From Euglena gracilis (Eukaryota), in contig CP154954.1 in the NCBI GenBank assembly GCA_039621445.1, positions 20,446,642 to 20,510,641 of the forward strand: a stretch of 64,000 nucleotides of DNA, read 5' to 3'. Position 1 is the stretch's first letter. Every line of letters starts with the position of its first letter. Shown one piece after another: positions 57,101 through 64,000 of the stretch. Under the pieces are notes generated by a model. It worked only from the letters and a program-made list of their open reading frames with translations, searched no databases and was not told where the DNA came from. Both the position numbers and the translations under genes were made by a program.

Positions 57101-60100
57101 GTCTGAAGGAGCCCATTAGCCAAATATGGGGGGGGGGTGAGGGTAAAGTGCCAGGGAGGGGGGGGGGGGCACATGTGTTGTGCTTTCTTGCCGTTGGATG
57201 GCGTGCGTGTGTCGGGACCCAAGGGCTGTTTTGCTCCATGGATTCATGGGTTAGGGTTAATTTTTATCTTTGGTCGCGAACAGATGGCTACACTGACGTT
57301 GGTGGCAAGGTTCCCGTTTTTTTTTGTTTTACAACAAAGCAAAAAAAACTTTCATGAGTAAAAAACGGTTTAAAAACGGTTTTTTTATTTTAAAAAAGGG
57401 TGTTTTTTTAAAATAAAACACAACAAATAGGAAAAAAACCTGTTTTAAACAACTTGTATAAAAACAGCCCGGGAACCTTGGGTGGCATATCAAGGAGAGG
57501 ACATGGGAGACAGGAGTGTGAAGCGGGTATGGTTCATGTGGAGGGGGTGGGTTAACCAAGGTCGACAGGTGTTTACTGGGAATACGGGAGGTGGCAACCG
57601 GCAGATAGGTCAGTGTCATTTGACAGGTTGGTGTAGAAGCTCCAAACCAGTTGTTTAGAGATTTCTTTGGCCAGGAGTGAGAGTCCTTGCCACACTTCTG
57701 CTTGGGTTTGGCGCTGAAGCCAACTCTCCCTTTGCCCTAACAAGGCTTTAAGGAGAGTGGACATCAGAGAATGGCCTTGCTGCCCCATGCCGCCAAACAC
57801 AAACGGGGTGAGGCGCCAGCCTCGTCTCGAACATGTTGCATCATATTTGCGGTGTTTGTCTCTTCTTGTTTTTCTTGCCAAATGGGAAGTTGTGCGGCAC
57901 GGCTCATAGGGTTGCTTGGGGTCTGTGTGTGACGGATGGTGACGTCGATGGCGACCGGGCCTTCACTGTCAAGGCGAGGAATGAAGATATCGCCAGGCTG
58001 AGAATTGTCATCAGCCCGTTGTTCTTTTTTTGGCTTGGAATCTGGCGAGTTGAGCCAAGGAGGTGAGGAAGTCTTGGACCGCTGCGTGTCGCGTGTTTCG
58101 AACCATTCAGAGCGCGAAAAGGTATTTAGTCCTAATTCATGTGACTTTTCTTCTTCTGAGTGTCTATTTTTTTTCGTTGGCATTCACCATGTTTTGAAAG
58201 CCCCTGGAGGGGTTCAAGTGTGGAGAAGCTGGAAATGCTGTTGCCACTGGCCGCAGGTACTGTGGCCGGTGCTGGTATTGCTTTGCGCCTGAAAAGGCCT
58301 TGCTTCTGTTTTCTGGGCGCAAAGGCCCCCTATTCAAGTTGTTTGGTGAAGCATTCAAGTTTGGGTGAAGCCGAAGAAGTTCAAGCAATAACTGAAGTTC
58401 AAGAACTATCAAGTTCTTGGTGAACTTCACCGGTGAAGTTCACCGATGGGTTAGGCAGAGGCCCGGGACCCCCCGGTGAACTTTCAAACGGTGAACTTCA
58501 CCATAGGGGGGGGGGGAGGGGGGTCAAAATGACCAAAGTCTACTGCCTGATCCCCTGAGGAGTAAGTGGACAGACCCCTTGTCAGTCCTGTACCCTCGTA
58601 TTGCTGCTCGTCCAGAAGGCAAACCTGTGGGGCAGGTTTCATCAAACAACCACCTCCCCCTGTGGGGTAAGCACACCAACGTTTGCCACAGCCTTTGTAC
58701 GGCTTCACCACAACACTGCGCACGGTCGGTGGAAAAACAAAAGCTCTGTCGTTCCACCCAGAAGAACTCTTCGGAAAACGCCCGAGGCACCGCAGCCCCT
58801 GCCCCTTTTCAAAGACAAGGCACGGAGGTGTTGGGGACGCGGGGGGGACGCGGGGGGGGACGCGGGGGGGGGACGCGGGGGCACCACCATTCTAGGGACC
58901 ATGATCAAAGCTGACGTTTTTTTTTAAAAAAAATACTTTTTTTAAAAAAAACCAACAAAAAAGTGTTTTTTTTTAAAAAAATGGAAAGTGTGTTTTTTAA
59001 AAGAAGTTTTACAACGCAAAAGTCTTGTCCTCTAAAAAAAAAGGCTCCAAAAACCGGTGCGTTTCCACACCCAAAATGGAGTTTTGTCAAAAATGGCCCG
59101 ACATTCATCCCAAAAAATGTGATGGTCGATAAGAATATCCTACAAAATTCCCTTTCAAAAAAATTCTTTGGAGGCTAGGCGCGCCACTGGGGGGGGGGGT
59201 CCGGGACCCCCCTCCCCCCCCCCGCGGCCCCTCGGACCCCCCCCTCCCCACTGTGCCTAGCATAGCCAAGAAAAAGGCATTTTTTGAGCAAAAATGGCCC
59301 AAAAATGGCCAAAAATGACCATTTTTGGACCCGAAAATGGGCCGCGCACCGCCCGGCGGCCCTCCCCCCCCCTCAGCGGTGTCGGAACAATTTTTTCCCG
59401 GGGGGGGGGGGGCGAGGAACCGACAAAATTTGGAGCACATCCTTTTTTCCCCGGCGCGAAGGAAGCGCCGAGGAAAATTTTTTTCATGGCACAACCAAAA
59501 TGTACTTTTTTCTGTCCCCCTGGCCCCGAAGGGGCCGAGACGCTAACGCCTTTTTTGAAGTCCAATGCTCCAAAAACTTGAGCTAGAAAGCGAAATCATG
59601 GGTAGAACCCCTTTGGAAACCTCCCAATTCAACCCAACTGTCGACTTCGCAACCTGGGGGGGGGTGAAGAAGCCCCCTCACCCCCCCCCCACCATGCCTA
59701 GTCTCCTTTGAAAGGCATTCTCTAGCAAACTCTACTACAAAAAAGAGGTGCCGGACGCCGGTTCTGTCCAAAGCCCGGCGTTCCAAACGCCGGTTCCGTC
59801 CGAAGGACGGAACCGGCGTTTGGAACGCCGGGCTTTGGACAGAACCGGCGTCCCACACCTCTTGTTTAAGCCGGCGTTTTTTTCTTTTTTTCTTTTTTAG
59901 AGACGCCCGGCCAAACGCTCAGACCAACCGCGGCAAACTTTTGTGAATGTCCCAAAAACCTTCGGCCAAAGGACACTCCCAGGACCAATCTCCGACCTCT
60001 GATCTGCAATGTCACACCACTTTGCACTTCACCAAATTCCGGCGATCGCGAGGGTATTTCTGGCTGTGTCAATCGTCCAGGTGTAAAATCACCCCTCGAT

Positions 60101-62050
60101 CGAAAGCTCTTTTCATCAGACGACTGGCGATCACCACCAAATTCAGCCACGTCGCCTGGAGCTCTTATTTTCTGTCAGTGGGGAATCCTAATTTCACAAC
60201 TCTGGTGCCCCCCCAAGGCCCTCAGGTCGTTGATTCGAAGAGGAAAAACGTTTCTGTAAGGTTTATTAAGCATCTTAAACCAAAAATCACTGAAAATTGC
60301 GACAAATTTCGACTCAGATTCTGGCCGATCCGACGATCGCGAGCGTATCTCGGGCTGCGTGCAACGTTAGGGTACCAAGTTACCCCTCGATCGAAAGCTC
60401 TTTTCAACAGACGACCAGCGGTGCTCATCAGATCTTTCCACGCTGCACGGTACTCTATTTCCAAAACTGGGCCAATTTTCACCAAATTTGGATATCCACC
60501 CTAGTGGTCCCCAGATGGCAAAATTCATTGTCCTAGATGGTTGAAACACTCATACCAGCACCTTAGGGCCACCTTTGGGCACTTTTGGTGACATTTTTAG
60601 GAATGAAAACCGGACGCCGGGGGCTTTGGACAGAACCGGCGTTCCTAACGCCGGGCTTTAGGACAGAACCGGCGTCCGGAAGCCCGTGGGGGGGGACGCC
60701 GGTTCTGTCCTGAGCCCGGCGTCTCAAACGCCGGCTTAAAATGGGAAGATGGCTCTTTGGTATACACCATGATCAGAATTTCCAGGTGAGAGGATGGGCT
60801 GAACGCCATGGGCTGTAAAAAATCGACAAAATGGAAAAGACAACAGGAGATGGGAACGGTGTCAACAAAAAGGACACAAAATGGGAAATGTGTGCAGTGG
60901 TTGCAGGGGGACATCCTAGGATTAGCATTGATCATGCCGAACAAATAGGAAATAACAAATGGACACTCTTTGCATGGCCAACACCAATTGTCTTCCCGAA
61001 TCCCATCAACTACAGTGTAAAGAAATGGGAAGCATTCCCTTAGAGACTCGTTAGGTCACGACCTTCACCCATCACAAGCGGTAGGGGGGTCCCACGGGAC
61101 CCCTCCACCCATGCCTGGGCTCCAGCAACTCACATTTTTTGAGGGGCAAGGATAAAATTTTTGACTTATCACTTGTTTTTGCAACGTTCGTTTTCCTTCT
61201 CCCCTCTTCTTCGTTTCATCGCATCAAGCAATGCAGAAAAGCCTCTTCAAAAAAAAGGACACCAAGCCACTTGGTGGGGACGCGGGGGGGACGCGGGGGG
61301 GGGGGGACGCGGGGGGGACGCGGGGGCTCAACCCCCATTTAGTCCTAATTCATGTGACTTTTCTTCTTCTGGGTGTCTATTTTTTTTTGGTCGCATTCAC
61401 CATGTTTTGAAAGCCCCTGGAGGGGTTCAAGTGTGGAGAAGCTGGAAATGCTGTTGCCACTGGCCGCAGGTACTGGTACTGTGGCCGGTGCTGGTATTGC
61501 TTTGCGCCTGAAAAGGCCTTGCTTCTGTTTTCTGGGCGCAAAGGCCCCCTATTCAAGTTGTTTGGTGAAGCATTCAAGTTTGGGTGAAGCCGAAGAAGTT
61601 CAAGCAATAACTGAAGTTCAAGAACTATCAAGTTCTTGGTGAACTTCACCGGTGAAGTTCACTGATGGGTTAGGCAGAGGTGGGGGGCCCGGGACCCCCC
61701 GGTGAACTTTCAAACGGTGAACTTCACCATAGGGGGGGGAGGGGGTCAAAATGACCAAAGTCTACTGCTTGATCCCCTGAGGAGTAAGTGGACAGACCCC
61801 TTGTCAGTCCTGTACCCTCGTATTGCTGCTCGTCCAGAAGGCAAACCTGTGGGGCAGGTTTCATCAAACAACCACCTCCCCCTGTGGGGTAAGCACACCA
61901 ACGTTTGCCACAGCCTTCGTACGGCTTCACCACAACACTGCGCACGGTCGGTGGAAAAACAAAAGCTCTGTCGTTCCACCCAGAAGAACTCTTCGGAAAA
62001 CGCCCGAGGCACCGCAGCCCCTGCCCCTTTTCAAAGACAAGGCACGGAGG
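54136..62050 (+). repeat. Right copy of the segmental duplication of 1-7867, continuing into further tandem units to the window end
   Basis: Contains duplicates of the RT pseudogene (~54520-55755), the RLE fragment (~57620-58015) and the MITEs. Confidence 0.95.
59733..60737 (-). mobile_element. Family A hairpin element (duplicated copy of 5600-6562)
   Basis: Same termini and flanks. The segment ~59880-59960 is altered. Confidence 0.85.
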
Positions 62051-64000
62051 TGTTGGGGACGCGGGGGGGACGCGGGGGGGTCGCGGGGGGGGACGCGGGG
62101 GCACCACCATTCTAGGTACCATGATCAAAGCTGACGTTTTTTTAAAAAAAAATTACTTTGTTTAAAAAAAACCAACAAAAAAGTGTTTTTTTAAAAAAAA
62201 TGGAAAGCGTGTTTTTTAAAAGAAGTTTTACAACGCAAAAGTCTTGTCCTCTAAAAAAAAAGGCTCCAAAAACCGGTGCGTTTCCACACCCAAAATGGAG
62301 TTTTGTCAAAAATGGCCCGACATTCATCCCAAAAAATGTGATGGTCGATAAGAATATCCTACAAAATTCCCTTTCAAAAAAATTCTTTGGAGGCTAGGCG
62401 CGCCACTAGGGGGGGGGTCCGGGACCCCCCTCCCCCCCCCCCCCGCGGCCCCTCGGACCCCCCCCTCCCCACTGTGCCTAGCATAGCCAAGAAAAAGGCA
62501 TTTTTTTGAGCAAAAATGGCCCAAAAATGGCCAAAAATGACCATTTTTGGACCCGAAAATGGGCCGCGCACCGCCCGGCGGCCCTCCCCCCCCCCTCAGC
62601 GGTGTCGGAACAATTTTTTCCCGGGGGGGGGGGGGGCGAGGAACCGACAAAATTTGGAGCACATCCTTTTTTCCCCGGCGCGAAGGAAGCGCCGAGGAAA
62701 ATTTTTTTCATAGCACAACCAAAATGTACTTTTTTCTGTCCCCCTGGCCCCGAAGGGGCCGAGACGCTAACGCCTTTTTTTGAAGTCCAATGCTCCAAAA
62801 ACTTGAGCTAGAAAGCGAAATCATGGGTAGAACCCCTTTGGAAACCTCCCAATTCAACCCAACTGTCGACTTCGCAACCTGGGGGGGGGTGAAGAAGCCC
62901 CCTCAGCCCCCCCCCCACCGTGCCTAGTCTCCTTTGAAAGGCAGTCTCTAGCAAACTCAAAATGGGAAGATGGCTCTTTGGTATGCACCATGATCAGAAT
63001 TTCCAGGTGAGAGGATGGGCTGAACGCCATGGGCTGTAAAAAATCGACAAAATGGAAAAGACAACAGGAGATGGGAACGGTGTCAACAAAAAGGACACAA
63101 AATGGGAAATGTGTGCAGTGGTTGCAGGGGGACATCCTAGGATTAGCATTGATCATGCCGAACAAATAGGAAATAACAAATGGACACTCTTTGCATGGCC
63201 AACACCAATTGTCTTCCCGAATCCCATCAACTACAGTGTAAAGAAATGGGAAGCATTCCCTTAGAGACTCGTTAGGTCACGACCTTCACCCATCACAAGC
63301 GGTAGGGGGGTCCCACGGGACCCCTCCACCCATGCCTGGGCTCCAGCAACTCACATTTTTTGAGGGGCAAGGATAAAAATTTTGACTTATCACTTGTTTT
63401 TGCAACGTTCTTTTTCCTTCTCCCCTCTTCTTCGTTTCATCGCATCAAGCAATGCAGAAAAGCCTCTTCAAAAAAAAGGACACCAAGCCACTTGGTGGGG
63501 ACGCGGGGGGGACGCGGGGGGGGGGGGACGCGGGGGCTCAACCCCCATTTAGTCCTAATTCATGTGACTTTTCTTCTTCTGGGTGTCTATTTTTTTTTGG
63601 TCGCATTCACCATGTTTTGAAAGCCCCTGGAGGGGTTCAAGTGTGGAGAAGCTGGAAATGCTGTTGCCACTGGCCGCAGGTACTGTGGCCGGTGCTGGTA
63701 TTGCTTTGCGCCTGAAAAGGCCTTGCTTCTGTTTTCTGGGCGCAAAGGCCCCCTATTCAAGTTGTTTGGTGAAGCATTCAAGTTTGGGTGAAGCCGAAGA
63801 AGTTCAAGCAATAACTGAAGTTCAAGAACTATCAAGTTCTTGGTGAACTTCACCGGTGAAGTTCACCGATGGGTTAGGCAGAGGTGGGGGGCCCGGGACC
63901 CCCCGGTGAACTTTCAAACGGTGAACTTCACCATAGGGGGGGGGGAGGGGGGTCAAAATGACCAAAGTCTACTGCCTGATCCCCTGAGGAGTAAGTGGAC

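Noticed and set aside
59875-59960. Local divergence within the duplicated family A copy
   Set aside because: It looks like a low-quality consensus next to a strong hairpin and cannot be treated as biological without reads.

Overview
Repeat-saturated eukaryotic nuclear DNA, almost certainly from a euglenid (Euglena-like). Two lines of evidence point there: near-perfect copies of the Euglena spliced-leader (SL) exon, and genes split by euglenid non-GT-AG stem-loop ('nonconventional') introns. Host genes are a dual-specificity phosphatase (22265-27703, +), N-terminal exons of an NSUN3/4-like m5C methyltransferase (~31.9-32.8 kb, +) and a Pro/Val-rich, probably cytoskeletal protein (34669-42476, -). 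The rest is decayed CRE-clade-like non-LTR retrotransposon fragments (RT, CCHC, restriction-like endonuclease), many nested MITEs (8-bp and 3-bp TSD classes), microsatellites, and a ~7.9-kb duplication 54 kb apart with internal 2.2-3.2-kb tandem units. The most striking observations are three. (1) Two families of TSD-less elements with giant GAA-loop hairpins all insert at TC^AA, and one carries a recombinase-binding-domain-like + PHD gene. (2) The CAG...CTG, 8-bp-TSD MITE geometry exactly matches the N3-CAG...CTG-N5 signature of nonconventional introns. (3) Genomic SL copies are fused to mRNA-like sequence. All calls were made by eye, with no database searches.
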